Shown in pieces: positions 48,349-58,331 of a stretch of 64,000 nucleotides of DNA (its first letter is position 1; every line of letters starts with the position of its first letter). The position numbers were made by a program, and so were the translations under genes. This DNA is from an uncultured bacterium (GTDB lineage: Bacteria > Chloroflexota > Dormibacteria > Aeolococcales > Aeolococcaceae). The stretch spans positions 46,860 to 110,859 of the forward strand of contig CAVQTJ010000004.1 in the NCBI GenBank assembly GCA_963716555.1, in the 5' to 3' direction. The notes under the pieces are model-generated. The model searched no databases, had not been told where the DNA came from, and worked only from the letters and a program-made list of their open reading frames with translations.

Positions 48349-50196
48349 ATGCCGGTCCTGGAGCGCAGCGACATCCGCAACGTGGCGATCATCGCCCACG
48401 TCGACCATGGCAAGACCACGCTGGTCGACTCACTGTTGAAGCAGACCCACAGCCTGAGCAAGCACGAGCAGGTGGGCGAGCTGATCCTCGACTCCACTGA
48501 CCTGGAGCGGGAAAAGGGCATCACCATCCTCGCCAAGAACACCTCCATCCAGTACCGGGACATCACCGTGAACCTCATCGACACTCCGGGCCATGCCGAC
48601 TTTGGTGGCGAGGTCGAACGGGTCCTGTCGATGGCGGACGGCTGCCTGCTGCTGGTGGACGCAGCCGAAGGTCCGATGCCGCAGACGCGAGTGGTGCTCC
48701 GCCAGGCCCTTCAGCTCGGGCTGCGGCCGCTGATCGTCATCAACAAGCTGGACCGGACCAACGCCGACGCCGGCTGGGCTCTGGAGGCCACCCACGACCT
48801 CCTCCTCGACGTGGCCACCGACCCCGGCCAGCTCGATGCCCCGGTGGTCTTCGCCAACGGGCGCCAGGGAACCGCGACCACCGATCTCACCATCCCGGGG
48901 ATCAACCTCGAACCGCTGCTGGATGCCATCGTCGTCCATGTTCCCGCCCCCCGCGGAGACCCATCGCTGGGCCTCCAGCTGCTGGTCAGCTCGCTGGACG
49001 ACGACCCGTACCGCGGACGGCTGGCCCTCGGTCGGGTCCGGAGGGGAACGCTGCGAGGAGCGCAGCAGGTCGTGGTCTCCACCACCACTGGCTGGACCCC
49101 ACGGCAGCCCATCACCGGCATCCTGGTTTGGCGCGGCCTCCACCAGGTCGAGGTCCCCGAGGCCACGGTCGGAGACATCGTGGCCGTCTTCGGCCTCCCC
49201 GAGGTGAACATTGGGGACTCGATCTGCGACCCCGAGGAGCCCGAGGCGTTGCCCAGGATCGAGGTCGGAGAGCCGACCCTGCGGATGCAGTTCTCGGTCA
49301 ACAGCTCGCCCTTTGCCGGGCGCGAGCAGCAGGTCAGCAGCACCTCCCGCCAACTTCGCGCCCGGCTCGACAAGGAGCTCCGCACCAACGTCGCCCTGCG
49401 GGTTGCGCCGGGGGCCACCGCGGACAGCTTCGAGGTCTCGGGGCGTGGCGAGCTGCACCTGGCAGTGCTCATCGAGACCATGCGTCGAGAGGGTTATGAG
49501 TTCGAGGTGTCCCGGCCGCAGGTCATCACCCGAGAGGAATCGGGAACCACCCTCGAGCCCGTCGAGGAGTGCGTGATCGATGTCCAGCAGCTGCACCTGG
49601 GCGCGGTCACCGAACTGCTCGGTGCCCGTGGGGCCGTGATGCAATCACTGCGCACCGACGCCGGGGGAGGTATGCGCCTCACCTACCACGCCCCCACCCG
49701 GGCCCTCATCGGGGTGCGCAGCGCCCTGCTCACCCTGACCCGGGGCACCGGGGTGATGGCCACCAGGGTGTTGGGATGGGAACCGTGGCGGTTCGTACCC
49801 AGGGCCCATCGCAGCGGAGTGCTCACCGCCAGCCAGCCCGGGATGGCGGTCGCCTACGGACTGCTGACGCTCCAGGAGCGCGGACAGCCCTTCATCGGTC
49901 CGGGTACGCCGGTGTACGAAGGCATGATCGTCGGCATGAACCGCCGCCCCGGAGACCTGGCCGTCAACGTGGCCAAGCAGAAGCAGAAGACCAACATCCG
50001 ATCCTCCACATCCGACTTCACAGTGGTGTTGACCCCCCCACGCCAGCTCTCCCTGGAGGAGGCGCTGGACTTTATCCAGGATGACGAGCTGGTGGAGGTG
50101 ACACCGGCGTCTCTCCGGCTGCGCAAGAGAGTCCTCAACGCCAATGAGCGCAATGCCATCCGCAAACGGGAGGCGCTGGGGGCACACGGACAGTAG
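48349..50196 (+). CDS. typA: Translational GTPase TypA/BipA
   Basis: RNVAIIAHVDHGKTTLVD, DTPGHADFGGEVER and NKLDR, with the full 615-aa architecture. Confidence 0.95.
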   Translation: MPVLERSDIRNVAIIAHVDHGKTTLVDSLLKQTHSLSKHEQVGELILDSTDLEREKGITILAKNTSIQYRDITVNLIDTPGHADFGGEVERVLSMADGCLLLVDAAEGPMPQTRVVLRQALQLGLRPLIVINKLDRTNADAGWALEATHDLLLDVATDPGQLDAPVVFANGRQGTATTDLTIPGINLEPLLDAIVVHVPAPRGDPSLGLQLLVSSLDDDPYRGRLALGRVRRGTLRGAQQVVVSTTTGWTPRQPITGILVWRGLHQVEVPEATVGDIVAVFGLPEVNIGDSICDPEEPEALPRIEVGEPTLRMQFSVNSSPFAGREQQVSSTSRQLRARLDKELRTNVALRVAPGATADSFEVSGRGELHLAVLIETMRREGYEFEVSRPQVITREESGTTLEPVEECVIDVQQLHLGAVTELLGARGAVMQSLRTDAGGGMRLTYHAPTRALIGVRSALLTLTRGTGVMATRVLGWEPWRFVPRAHRSGVLTASQPGMAVAYGLLTLQERGQPFIGPGTPVYEGMIVGMNRRPGDLAVNVAKQKQKTNIRSSTSDFTVVLTPPRQLSLEEALDFIQDDELVEVTPASLRLRKRVLNANERNAIRKREALGAHGQ

Positions 50197-50197
50197 G

Positions 50198-50818
50198 TTG
50201 CCGCGACTGCTTCTGCTCACCGACCGCCACGCCTGCGAGGCTCGCGGACGCACGCTGATGGACACCGTCCGGTCCGCGGTGGCGGGTGGAGTGCGCGCGG
50301 TGGTGCTGCGTGAGAAGGACCTCGCCGAGGACCAGCGGCGCCGCCTCGGCGCGGAGCTGGGGTCACTGCTGGAGCCGGTGACCGGCACCCTGATCGTCGC
50401 CTCCGACCCCGCCCTGGCGGCAGCCCTGGGCGCTCGCGGAGTTCATCTGGCCGCGAGCGACCAGCGGCCCCCGGAGCTGGCCGGGAAGCTGGTGGGACGC
50501 TCCTGCCACGACGGTGCGGCGGTGCGCCGGGCAGCCGCCGAGGGCGACGACTACGTCACCATCTCGCCGGTCTTCCCCACCCGGTCCAAGCCGGGCTACG
50601 GTCCCCCCCTCGGCTTCGCCGGTCTCAGCCGGATGGTCTTGGCGGTTCCAGGCCTCTCCCTCTATGCGCTGGGGGGAGTCGACGCCTCGTCCGCCGCCGC
50701 CTGCCTGGCCGCCGGGGCCGCAGGGGTGGCGGTGATGGGAGCTGTGATGGCCGCCAACGACCCTGAGACATCTGCCCAGGAGCTGGTCGCCGCGGTCGCC
50801 GCGGCGGTCACCCGCTGA
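50198..50818 (+). CDS. thiE: Thiamine-phosphate synthase
   Basis: LTDR..VVLREKDL..VHLA..GRSCH..DYVTISPVFPT.SKPG..YALGGV. The TTG start is directly after the typA stop. Confidence 0.8.
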   Translation: MPRLLLLTDRHACEARGRTLMDTVRSAVAGGVRAVVLREKDLAEDQRRRLGAELGSLLEPVTGTLIVASDPALAAALGARGVHLAASDQRPPELAGKLVGRSCHDGAAVRRAAAEGDDYVTISPVFPTRSKPGYGPPLGFAGLSRMVLAVPGLSLYALGGVDASSAAACLAAGAAGVAVMGAVMAANDPETSAQELVAAVAAAVTR

Positions 50819-51059
50819 ACAGGCCCGGTGCCGGTCGGTAATGCGAGGCGTCCAGCACCTCATGATGGGGGGTCAACCCGGCAGCGGCGGACCCCGCCGG
50901 GGGCCAGCGGATACGGATCTCCCGGGTGTCCTCGTTGACGTCGAGAGCCAGGGCGTCGACCCAGATGTTGTTCAGGAAGCAGCGCACCTCCACCGGCTCG
51001 GGCAGCTCGCGCCAGCCGGGTCCCCGAGGGCGGGCCTGGTCGACGCTGTCATCGTTCAT
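50808..51059 (-). CDS. Hypothetical protein
   Basis: 83-aa ATG ORF. No motif recognised. Confidence 0.35.
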   Translation of the reverse strand: MNDDSVDQARPRGPGWRELPEPVEVRCFLNNIWVDALALDVNEDTREIRIRWPPAGSAAAGLTPHHEVLDASHYRPAPGLFSG

Positions 51060-51134
51060 GCAGCCCCGACCTCAGTTGGCGCTCAAGTTCGGGGGCATCG
51101 TGGCGCGCAGATCGAGTGAGCGAAGTGGTGCCGT

Positions 51135-51449
51135 TCAGTCGAGGTCGTCCTCGCCGGGCAGCATCAGCGTGTCCTGGAGGTCGTAGAGGGCCTCCATCCA
51201 GTCTGAGATGGCGATCTCCTGGGTGGGCCGGTTCACCAGCGGGTGCGCGGCGCCGGAGATCACCCGGGTGGCGCGGTGCCTCAGCTCACCGGGTACGGCC
51301 ACCTCCTCGGCGAGGTTCAGCAGCTCGAACTCGTCGATGAGCCGATCGATGGCCCGGATCTTGTTGCGGCGCGCGTAGCGGGCCCCGCGGTCCGCCCGAG
51401 CCTGCACCTGGAGCTCGCTGATGGTCACGCAGGTCTGCTCGATCAACAT
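51135..51449 (-). CDS. Hypothetical acidic-tailed protein
   Basis: Only the last 105 codons of ORF 51135..52274 look genuine (MLIEQTCVTISEL...). The rest is antisense to birA. Confidence 0.45.
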   Translation of the reverse strand: MLIEQTCVTISELQVQARADRGARYARRNKIRAIDRLIDEFELLNLAEEVAVPGELRHRATRVISGAAHPLVNRPTQEIAISDWMEALYDLQDTLMLPGEDDLD

Positions 51450-51552
51450 GATTGCCCCCTTGCCACCAAGGCTTGCCAGACACCTTCCAGGGGCCCCAGC
51501 CGCTCCCGGCAACCGCGGGAACATGCTAAGGGGAGATGCGAGGTCGGTCAAG

Positions 51553-52332
51553 ATGGGTGACGTGGCCAGCCCGGCGGAGCAGGAGGCGGTTGTCCGGCGG
51601 GCGGGAACGGCCGCCTTCCCCGGCTTCCGACTGGTCCGGCTGGCCAGAACGGCGAGCAGCCAGGACGTGGTCCGCGCCGCCGCCGCCTCCGGCGCGCCGG
51701 AGGGCTTCTGCTGCGCCGTCGCCGAGCAGACGGCCGGTCGGGGGCGCAACGGCCGGCGCTGGGTCGCAGCTGCCGGGACTTCGCTCCTCGCCAGCCTCCT
51801 GTTGCGCCGCGACGCCGGGGTGGCCGTTGGGGTGCCGCTGGCCGCCGGCCTGGCGGTCGCCGAGTCGGTCGAGCGGCTGGCCGGGGTCGAGTGCCATCTC
51901 AAGTGGCCGAACGACGTGCTGGCGGGCGGAGGCAAGCTGGCCGGCATCCTGACCGAGGTCGAGCCGGGGGGCGGGACGGTGCTGGGAGTGGGAGTCAACC
52001 TCGCCGTCACCGAGTTTCCCCCCGGGGTCGCGGGAGCCAGCCTCCACCGGCTGTCTCGAGCAGCGGTGACCTGGGACGCCCTGCTCGCTGAGATCCTGAC
52101 CCGCCTGGCTGGCCGCATCGCCACCCTTGAGGCCGGCGGCATCCCGGCCCTGCAGGACGACTGGACCGGCCGCGCAGCTGGGCTGGGCGAGCAGATCAGG
52201 GCCGAGATCGGAGGCCGGACCGTGGTGGGGACGGCACGGGGCATCGACGACCAGGGGGCGCTGCTGGTGACCACGCCCGAGGGTCAGCTCCGGCTGATAG
52301 CCGGTGACGTGCACCTGCTCGGGCCGGCTTGA
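51553..52332 (+). CDS. birA: Biotin--protein ligase (no N-terminal HTH)
   Basis: QTAGRGRNGRRW and KWPNDVL..GKLAGILTE. The start was set to the ATG at 51553. Confidence 0.8.
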   Translation: MGDVASPAEQEAVVRRAGTAAFPGFRLVRLARTASSQDVVRAAAASGAPEGFCCAVAEQTAGRGRNGRRWVAAAGTSLLASLLLRRDAGVAVGVPLAAGLAVAESVERLAGVECHLKWPNDVLAGGGKLAGILTEVEPGGGTVLGVGVNLAVTEFPPGVAGASLHRLSRAAVTWDALLAEILTRLAGRIATLEAGGIPALQDDWTGRAAGLGEQIRAEIGGRTVVGTARGIDDQGALLVTTPEGQLRLIAGDVHLLGPA

Positions 52333-52347
52333 GCACAGCCCTGCCGC

Positions 52348-52776
52348 TCAACCCGCGGCGACGTTGACGGTTCCGACCATCCCCAGGGCTTGGTGGAAGG
52401 TGCACACGTAGGGGAAGCTCCCCGCCTTGGTGAACTTGACCTCCCAGGTCTGGCCCGCGCTCAGGATGCTCTTGGTGATCGCGCTGTCGGAGTTGAAGGT
52501 CACCGAGTGCGTGCTGATGCCGGTGTTGACCCATTTCACGACGTCACCGACCTTGATGCTCACCGTCTTGGGGCTGAACGTCAGCTGATCGTTGGCAGCG
52601 ACAGTGACGGTGGGGGTGGCCCCGTTGACCACGACGCCGCAGTCATCACAGCCGCCAGACGAGGTACCGCTGCTGCTGACACCGGCGGACGGGCTCGGCA
52701 GCCCGTCACCGCAGGCCGCGACTGTGAGGCCCGCGAGCACCATGACGCCGAGCGAGAGAAGCCGGAGCGGACTCAC
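52348..52776 (-). CDS. Plastocyanin/azurin-like type-1 copper lipoprotein
   Basis: Lipobox TVAACG. Copper ligands in STHSVTF and YVCTFHQALGM. Confidence 0.8.
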   Translation of the reverse strand: MSPLRLLSLGVMVLAGLTVAACGDGLPSPSAGVSSSGTSSGGCDDCGVVVNGATPTVTVAANDQLTFSPKTVSIKVGDVVKWVNTGISTHSVTFNSDSAITKSILSAGQTWEVKFTKAGSFPYVCTFHQALGMVGTVNVAAG

Positions 52777-53036
52777 TCCGGCAGGTCCCGGTACTCGCGG
52801 CGGGCGCTGCGCAGCCAGGCCAGGCCGCTGGCCAGCAGCAGGACAAGACCGAGGATGGCGATCACCGGGATGATGACCGGGCCGATCCGCGGCTTTACCG
52901 GGAGCAGGAGGCCGGCGAAGGTCAGCGTCATCGACGCCGCGGTGCAGAGCGGGACAATGCTGTTCGGGGGGAGGTGGATGTGCTCCTCCTCTCCGCTGTG
53001 CTCGGTGTGGTCGGACGGCTGATCGTGCTCCGGCAT
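52773..53036 (-). CDS. Small two-TM protein with HIHLPP motif (putative oxidase accessory subunit)
   Basis: The start was moved to the ATG at 53036 (MPEHDQ..). Two hydrophobic helices. It overlaps the cupredoxin start by 4 nt. Confidence 0.45.
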   Translation of the reverse strand: MPEHDQPSDHTEHSGEEEHIHLPPNSIVPLCTAASMTLTFAGLLLPVKPRIGPVIIPVIAILGLVLLLASGLAWLRSARREYRDLPE

Positions 53037-53052
53037 GCGAGTCCCAGAACGG

Positions 53053-53172
53053 CTAATGGATGAAGGAGAGGTAGAGGCCGGCCCACACAAAGGTGAAGCC
53101 CAAGAGGCCCAGCGCCACCAGAAACATGGAGACGCCCATCACAATGTTGCGCCGCGCCAGCTTACGGTCCAT
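53053..53172 (-). CDS. 39-aa single-TM micro-protein
   Basis: MDRKLARRNIVMGVSMFLVALGLLGFTFVWAGLYLSFIH. The ATG is 2 nt after the ctaB TAA. A GGAGGG motif lies 9-14 nt upstream of the ATG. Confidence 0.4.
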   Translation of the reverse strand: MDRKLARRNIVMGVSMFLVALGLLGFTFVWAGLYLSFIH

Positions 53173-53174
53173 CC

Positions 53175-54095
53175 TTACCCTCCAAGGCCCAGCACCCGGT
53201 CCGCCGCCATCACCGCGAAGAGCAGGGCGAGATAGGCGATCGAATAGTAGTAGAGGCGCCGTGCGCCTCGGGCGCTGCCACCCCGCAACGCCACCAGCGA
53301 CTGCCCGAGGAGGCCGGCGTCGAGCAGCCCGGTTCCCCCTGCGTAGACCAGGCCGAAGGAGCCACCGAGCAGCGGGAGGGCGGTGACGACCACCAGGATC
53401 AGGGTGTACACGACGATCTGCTCGCGGGTGTGACGCGCTCCCGCCACCACCGGCAGCATCGGCACCCCGGCCCGCTGGTAGTCGGCCCGGATCAGCAGGG
53501 CCAGAGCCCAGAAGTGGGGAGGAGTCCAGCAGAACACGATGGCGAAGAGGAGCACGGCGGTGAGATCGAGATGGCCGGCGACGGCGGCCCAGCCCACCAG
53601 CGGGGGGATGGCTCCGGCCGCCCCGCCGATCACGATGTTGTGGCTGGTCCGGCGTTTGAGCCAGATCGTGTACACGAAGACGTAGAAGAGCAGGCCGGCG
53701 GCGGCGAGAAGCGCTGCGAGCAGGTTCACGAACAGCGCGAGCAGCACGAATGCGCTGAGCCCGAGAGCGACTCCCATTGACAGTGCGGTTGCCGGATCGA
53801 CGCGGCCGTCCGGGATCGGGCGCAGCCGGGTGCGGCCCATGGCCAGGTCGATGTCGCGGTCGAACCAGCAGTTGATGGTGTTGGCGCCGGCCGCCATCAG
53901 CCATCCGCCGGCCAGGGTGGGCAGGACCGTCGACCACGCGGGCATCCCTCGGGCAGCCACCACCATCGTCGCCAGGGTGGTCAGCTCGAGCAGGACGATG
54001 ATCCGAGGCTTGGTCAGGCTGTTCAGGTCGCGCAGCGCGCCGCGGATGCTGCGGGGCGCGGGGACGACGGCGTCGGCGCGAACTGCGACGCTCAT
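53175..54095 (-). CDS. ctaB: Protoheme IX farnesyltransferase (heme O synthase)
   Basis: LTKPRII, NCWFDRDID, RPIP.G and PPHFWALA are present. Confidence 0.9.
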   Translation of the reverse strand: MSVAVRADAVVPAPRSIRGALRDLNSLTKPRIIVLLELTTLATMVVAARGMPAWSTVLPTLAGGWLMAAGANTINCWFDRDIDLAMGRTRLRPIPDGRVDPATALSMGVALGLSAFVLLALFVNLLAALLAAAGLLFYVFVYTIWLKRRTSHNIVIGGAAGAIPPLVGWAAVAGHLDLTAVLLFAIVFCWTPPHFWALALLIRADYQRAGVPMLPVVAGARHTREQIVVYTLILVVVTALPLLGGSFGLVYAGGTGLLDAGLLGQSLVALRGGSARGARRLYYYSIAYLALLFAVMAADRVLGLGG

Positions 54096-55105
54096 CCCGA
54101 GCTCACCCCCGGCGCGGTGACCTGCCGCCGTTCGGCGATCCGGCGCCCCGGTTCAGGGGACCTCAGCGCCGTGCGGTGGCCGAGCACAGCGACCAGGACG
54201 GTCATGGCCCAGAAGGCGCTGGCCAGGGCCTCGTGGCTGGAGCGTGCGGCGGTCTCCAGGTCGGTGTCCACCATCACCGCTCCGGCGGCGATCTGAGCGA
54301 GCAGCAAAAGGTTGACGAACATCGCCGCCAGGCGCAGGCCGCGATCGCTGCTTCTGCGCAACGCCATGCCCATGGCGAAACCGACCAGAAGCGCGACCAG
54401 GGCAACGAGCACGCGGTGAAGGAGGCTGACGGCGCCGAGCCAGGAGGCGGGCAGCTCGAAGCCGTTGCCGCAGAGCGGCCAGCCCAGGCAGTCGGAGCTG
54501 GCTCCGGTGTCGACCACCAGCGCGCCGCTCAGCACCAGGAGGTAGACCGAGATTGCGGCCGCCCAGAGCAGGCGACGCAGCCCCTGGGGCGCCAGCTGCC
54601 GGCGGTCGCGGGCGGTGCCGGTGACCCTGGCAGCGTAGGCGAGATACACCAGGACGCTGAGAAGCAGCTCGGCGTTGGCGAGGTGGATCATGATGGTGCT
54701 GCCAAGAAGCCCGGTCTCCACCACCACGAACCCCAGTAGGATCTGGATCGCCAGCAGCACCGCCGCGGCGACGGCGGCGACCACAAGCCGGCGCTCGGAC
54801 CGGTGCCGGGCCAGCACCACCACGAGGGTCACGGCCATCAGCACCGTGGCGATCAGCGCCAGGAGCCGGTGGCTGAACTCGATCAGGGTCGGGATGTCAG
54901 GCGGAGGCACCAGGTGGCCGGCACACAGCGGCCAGTTCTGCCCAGGCTCCGCGGCGATCGGCGCCCCGCAGCCGAGTCCGCTGCCGGTGACCCGCACCAC
55001 GCCGCCGGCGACGATCAGCAGGAAGGTCGCCACCGCGGTGACGGCGGTGAGACGCCGGATCAAGCGGTGGCCGGGCGGGAAGTCTGGGGCTGCCGGACGA
55101 TCCAC
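54092..55105 (-). CDS. ctaA: Heme A synthase (COX15/CtaA)
   Basis: Only the last 337 codons of ORF 54092..56491 are used. The GTG start at 55105 is 2 nt after the ctaD stop. VRVTGSGLGC, EFSHR, GWPLC and LLHR motifs are present. Confidence 0.8.
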   Translation of the reverse strand: MDRPAAPDFPPGHRLIRRLTAVTAVATFLLIVAGGVVRVTGSGLGCGAPIAAEPGQNWPLCAGHLVPPPDIPTLIEFSHRLLALIATVLMAVTLVVVLARHRSERRLVVAAVAAAVLLAIQILLGFVVVETGLLGSTIMIHLANAELLLSVLVYLAYAARVTGTARDRRQLAPQGLRRLLWAAAISVYLLVLSGALVVDTGASSDCLGWPLCGNGFELPASWLGAVSLLHRVLVALVALLVGFAMGMALRRSSDRGLRLAAMFVNLLLLAQIAAGAVMVDTDLETAARSSHEALASAFWAMTVLVAVLGHRTALRSPEPGRRIAERRQVTAPGVSSG

Positions 55106-55107
55106 CG

Positions 55108-56787
55108 CTAGCCCGTGGCTCCGGCCTCGGCGGTGACGCGAGCGCGGCGGAGATCGCGTGTCGGCCTGAGGCTGCGCACCTCTGGGACCACGTCGAAGTT
55201 GTAGGGCGGGGGCGGCGAGGTGGTCGCCCATTCCAGGCTGTTGGCCTCCCAGGGATCGTCGGGAGCCGTCTTGGGCGAGCGCATGGTCACCACGAAATTG
55301 ATCAGGAAGACGGTGATCGAGATCGCGATCACAAACGCCCCGAAGGTGGCCACCGAGTTCCAGGGCCCCCACCCGTAGCCACCGGAGTAGGTGGCGATCC
55401 GGCGTGGCATTCCCATCAGTCCGAGGATGTGCATGGGCATGAAGGTGAGGTTCATCCCGATCAGCATCAGCCAGAAGTGGAGCTTGCCGAGCCGCTCGTC
55501 CAGGAAGCGGCCGCTGACCTTGGGGAACCAGTAGTACATGCCGGAGAACACGGCGAACACCGAGCCGCCGAAGAGCACGTAGTGGATGTGCGACACCACC
55601 CAGTAGGTGCCGTGGAGGAAGTAGTCGACCGGCACCGCCCCCAGGTAGACACCATCGATGCCGCCGATCAGGAACATGACCAGGAACCCGGCGGCGAAGA
55701 GCATGGGCGTGTCGAAGCGGATGCTTCCACCCCACATCGTGGCCAGCCAGTTGAATATCTTCACCCCCGTGGGCACCCCGATGATCATCGAGGTGCCGCT
55801 GAAGACCAGCTGGACCGCGGTGGGAACCCCGGTGGCGAACATGTGATGGATGAAGACCAGGAAACCCAGTACCGCGATCGCCGCCATCGAGTAGGCCATG
55901 GCCCGGTAACCGAAGATGGGCTTGCGCGAGAAGACCGGTATCACCTCGCTGATCAGGCCAAATGCGGGCAGGATCATGATGTAGACGGCGGGATGGGAGT
56001 AGAACCAGAAGAGCAGCTGGTAGAGCAGGGCGTTGCCACCGCAGGAGGGCTCGAAGAAGCAGGTCCCGACCTGCCGGTCCAGCAGCACCATCAGCAGCGC
56101 GCCCGCCAGGAATGGCGAGGCCAGCACCACCAGCGCAGAGGTCACCAACATCGACCAGACGAACAGGGGCAGGCGAAACCAGGTCATCCCGGGCGCCCGC
56201 ATGTTGAAGATGGTGACCAAGAAGTTGATCCCGCCGAGAATCGAGCTCGTGCCCAGCAGGTGGAGACCCAGGATCCAGAGGTCCTGCCCCACCTGGGGGC
56301 TGTAGAGCTTCTCGGTGAGCGGGACGTAGCCGGTCCAGCCGGCGTCCCCGGTGCCACCGAACAGGAAGCCGGAGTACATCACCAGGCCACCCGCCGGGAT
56401 CAGCCAGAAGGAGAGTGCATTGATCCGCGGAAAGGCCATGTCGCGTGCACCGATCATGAGCGGCACGAAATAGTTGCCGAAGCCGGCCCACACCGGGATG
56501 ATCCAGAGAAAGATCATGGTGGTCCCGTGCATGGTGAAGACTTCGTTGTAGATCTCCGCGTTGGTGACCGGGTTGGAGCTGAAGAAGCTGTTGTCGGGCT
56601 CAGCCAGCTGGACCCGGATCAGCAGCGCGAGCACCCCACCCACCAGGAAGAAGAAGACGGTGGTGTAGAGGTACATGATGGCGATGCGCTTGTGGTCGAC
56701 GGTGGTCAGCCAGCCCATCAGGCCCTTGGTCTTGTCGATCCGGGGCGGGGAGACGGTGCGGGGCAGGGTCGCGTCACTGACCGCCAT
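55108..56787 (-). CDS. ctaD: Cytochrome c oxidase subunit I
   Basis: WFYSHPAVYIMILPAFG, HHMF and VSHIHYVLFGG. The start was set to the ATG that overlaps the ctaC stop (ATGA at 56787). Confidence 0.95.
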   Translation of the reverse strand: MAVSDATLPRTVSPPRIDKTKGLMGWLTTVDHKRIAIMYLYTTVFFFLVGGVLALLIRVQLAEPDNSFFSSNPVTNAEIYNEVFTMHGTTMIFLWIIPVWAGFGNYFVPLMIGARDMAFPRINALSFWLIPAGGLVMYSGFLFGGTGDAGWTGYVPLTEKLYSPQVGQDLWILGLHLLGTSSILGGINFLVTIFNMRAPGMTWFRLPLFVWSMLVTSALVVLASPFLAGALLMVLLDRQVGTCFFEPSCGGNALLYQLLFWFYSHPAVYIMILPAFGLISEVIPVFSRKPIFGYRAMAYSMAAIAVLGFLVFIHHMFATGVPTAVQLVFSGTSMIIGVPTGVKIFNWLATMWGGSIRFDTPMLFAAGFLVMFLIGGIDGVYLGAVPVDYFLHGTYWVVSHIHYVLFGGSVFAVFSGMYYWFPKVSGRFLDERLGKLHFWLMLIGMNLTFMPMHILGLMGMPRRIATYSGGYGWGPWNSVATFGAFVIAISITVFLINFVVTMRSPKTAPDDPWEANSLEWATTSPPPPYNFDVVPEVRSLRPTRDLRRARVTAEAGATG

Positions 56788-57491
56788 CAGGCTCCTGGAC
56801 CTCCGCTCTGTTGACATGCCGAGCTGGACGAGTCGATCGCCTTACCGGTGTTGACGCACGCGTTGTAGGCGGTGGGAGTGAGGGCGACCACCTTGATCGT
56901 CATGGAGTAGTGGCCGGCGCCGCAGAGCTCGGTGCACTGCCCGTACCAGATTCCCGGCTGGTCGGCCTCCAACCAGTCGGTGTTGGTCTGGCCGGGGACG
57001 GCGTTCTTCTGGCCCATCAGCTCGGGGATGAAGAGGCTGTGGATCACATCCTTGGAGGTGATTGCGAGGCTCACCGGCCGGCCCACCGGGACGTAGAAGG
57101 TGCCCACGGTCTGCTGCCCATCGGGATAGGTGACCACCCAGGCGAACTGCTCTCCGAGAACCTTGTCATCGACCTGGTTGGCGGCGTTGGGCGATGCGCT
57201 CACGTTGTTGACATAGATCAGGCTCACCGCGCTCAGGATGAAAAGACCGAGCAGGACGACCAGGGGCACGGCGGTCCAGCTGAGCTCCAGCCGGCTGTTG
57301 CCATGGACCTGGATCGGCTCCTCGTCGTCGGCCTTGCGGCGGAAGCGGAAGAAGGCGAAGACAAGCATTCCAGCCACGAAGGCGCCCAGGGCCACCGAGG
57401 CCCAGAAGACAGCGGTGTAGACGGTGAGCTCGGAGTTGTTCACCGGCCCGGAGCCGCAGAACGGCGACTGGCAGGCGGCGAGCAGGTTCAC
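56787..57491 (-). CDS. ctaC: Cytochrome c oxidase subunit II (CuA, no fused cytochrome c domain)
   Basis: Two N-terminal TM helices. DVIHSLFIPEL and CTELCGAGHYSM are present. Confidence 0.9.
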   Translation of the reverse strand: MNLLAACQSPFCGSGPVNNSELTVYTAVFWASVALGAFVAGMLVFAFFRFRRKADDEEPIQVHGNSRLELSWTAVPLVVLLGLFILSAVSLIYVNNVSASPNAANQVDDKVLGEQFAWVVTYPDGQQTVGTFYVPVGRPVSLAITSKDVIHSLFIPELMGQKNAVPGQTNTDWLEADQPGIWYGQCTELCGAGHYSMTIKVVALTPTAYNACVNTGKAIDSSSSACQQSGGPGA

Positions 57492-57603
57492 CGGGCGTTC
57501 TCCGTGTGCTTGGGTGTGGACCGCAGCCGGCGCACGGAAGAGCCCGTCACGAGCCCGGAAGCTGCCGCCGGCTGGCGGCCGAGATCATCGCACAGGGACT
57601 TCG

Positions 57604-57789
57604 CTACTTGTTCCACGGCCGGGTCACCGTGCGGATGTTCCGTTTGACGAGCTCGGTGATCTCCACGTTGGTCAGCGCGGCGTCCTCCCAGCTGCCGCGG
57701 TTGGCGGGCGGCAGAGAGGGATCGGGAAGGCGCCGCTCGGCGTCGGGCTGAGCAGTGGAGTCGGGGGAGCGGAGGCGGGGAAGGCGCAC
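57604..57789 (-). CDS. Hypothetical small protein
   Basis: 61-codon GTG ORF with GC-rich third positions, starting 10 nt after the upstream stop. Confidence 0.3.
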   Translation of the reverse strand: MRLPRLRSPDSTAQPDAERRLPDPSLPPANRGSWEDAALTNVEITELVKRNIRTVTRPWNK

Positions 57790-57798
57790 GGGATGCCC

Positions 57799-58174
57799 TC
57801 ACCAGTGGAAGTAGCGGCGCTCCCGAGCGGGCGGCGAGCCCGCCCGGATCTCGCGAGCGGATTGGTGGGCGTCGACGGCGGCGCTGGCCCAGACGAAGAG
57901 GCCGAGCACGAAGAGGCCGAGGAAGACCAGGATCACAAGCCCGGCGAGAAGCATGGCGAGCCACACCGCTCCGCCCGCGATCAGGCCGTGACCAAAGCCG
58001 CACAGCCACGATCAGCAGCGCCAGCGATCCGGCGATGGGCACGAGCGTCCAGAGGAAGTAATGGAGGGCCTTCCCCGGCTGGCCGGTCACCAGCTGTCCC
58101 AGGCCGGGGATCACGGAGAGGCCGGCGCTGAGCCGGGGGCGAGGCGAGCGGAGCGCGGCCGTGGGAACCACCAT
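57799..58174 (-). CDS. Small membrane protein, frame disrupted near 57995-58010
   Basis: LSVIPGLGQLVTGQPGKALHYFLWTLVPIAGSLALLIV (ORF 57488..58174), then in the next frame GLIAGGAVWLAMLLAGLVILVFLGLFVLGLFVW...YFHW, with the stop at 57799. Confidence 0.45.
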
Positions 58175-58180
58175 CAGCGG

Positions 58181-58327
58181 CTACCGTGGAGTGAAGAAGG
58201 CCTTGTACAGGTAGTACGACGCGAGCAGCAGCGAGCCGAGCGCCCAGAGGATGACGAAGAGAACGTCTCCCCAGCCGGCGTCACCGGGGTAGGGGACGGC
58301 GAGCAGGTGCAGGGGGGCGGGGCTCAT
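58181..58327 (-). CDS. 48-aa single-TM micro-protein
   Basis: MSPAPLHLLAVPYPGDAGWGDVLFVILWALGSLLLASYYLYKAFFTPR. It is 6 nt upstream of the next start. Confidence 0.4.
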   Translation of the reverse strand: MSPAPLHLLAVPYPGDAGWGDVLFVILWALGSLLLASYYLYKAFFTPR

Positions 58328-58331
58328 CGCA

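Noticed and set aside
51450-52274. Upstream part of ORF 51135..52274.
   Set aside because: It is antisense to birA and Ala/Arg/Pro/Ser-rich. Only the last 105 codons look genuine.
55106-56491. Upstream 460 codons of the 799-aa ORF 54092..56491.
   Set aside because: This part overlaps ctaD in another frame and is low complexity. Only the COX15-like C-terminal 337 codons were kept.
57564-57579. Hairpin GCCGCC-GGCT-GGCGGC upstream of ctaC, as a possible terminator between the bc and cta genes.
   Set aside because: There is no U-tract on the transcribed strand. Short GC hairpins like this are frequent in DNA of this composition.
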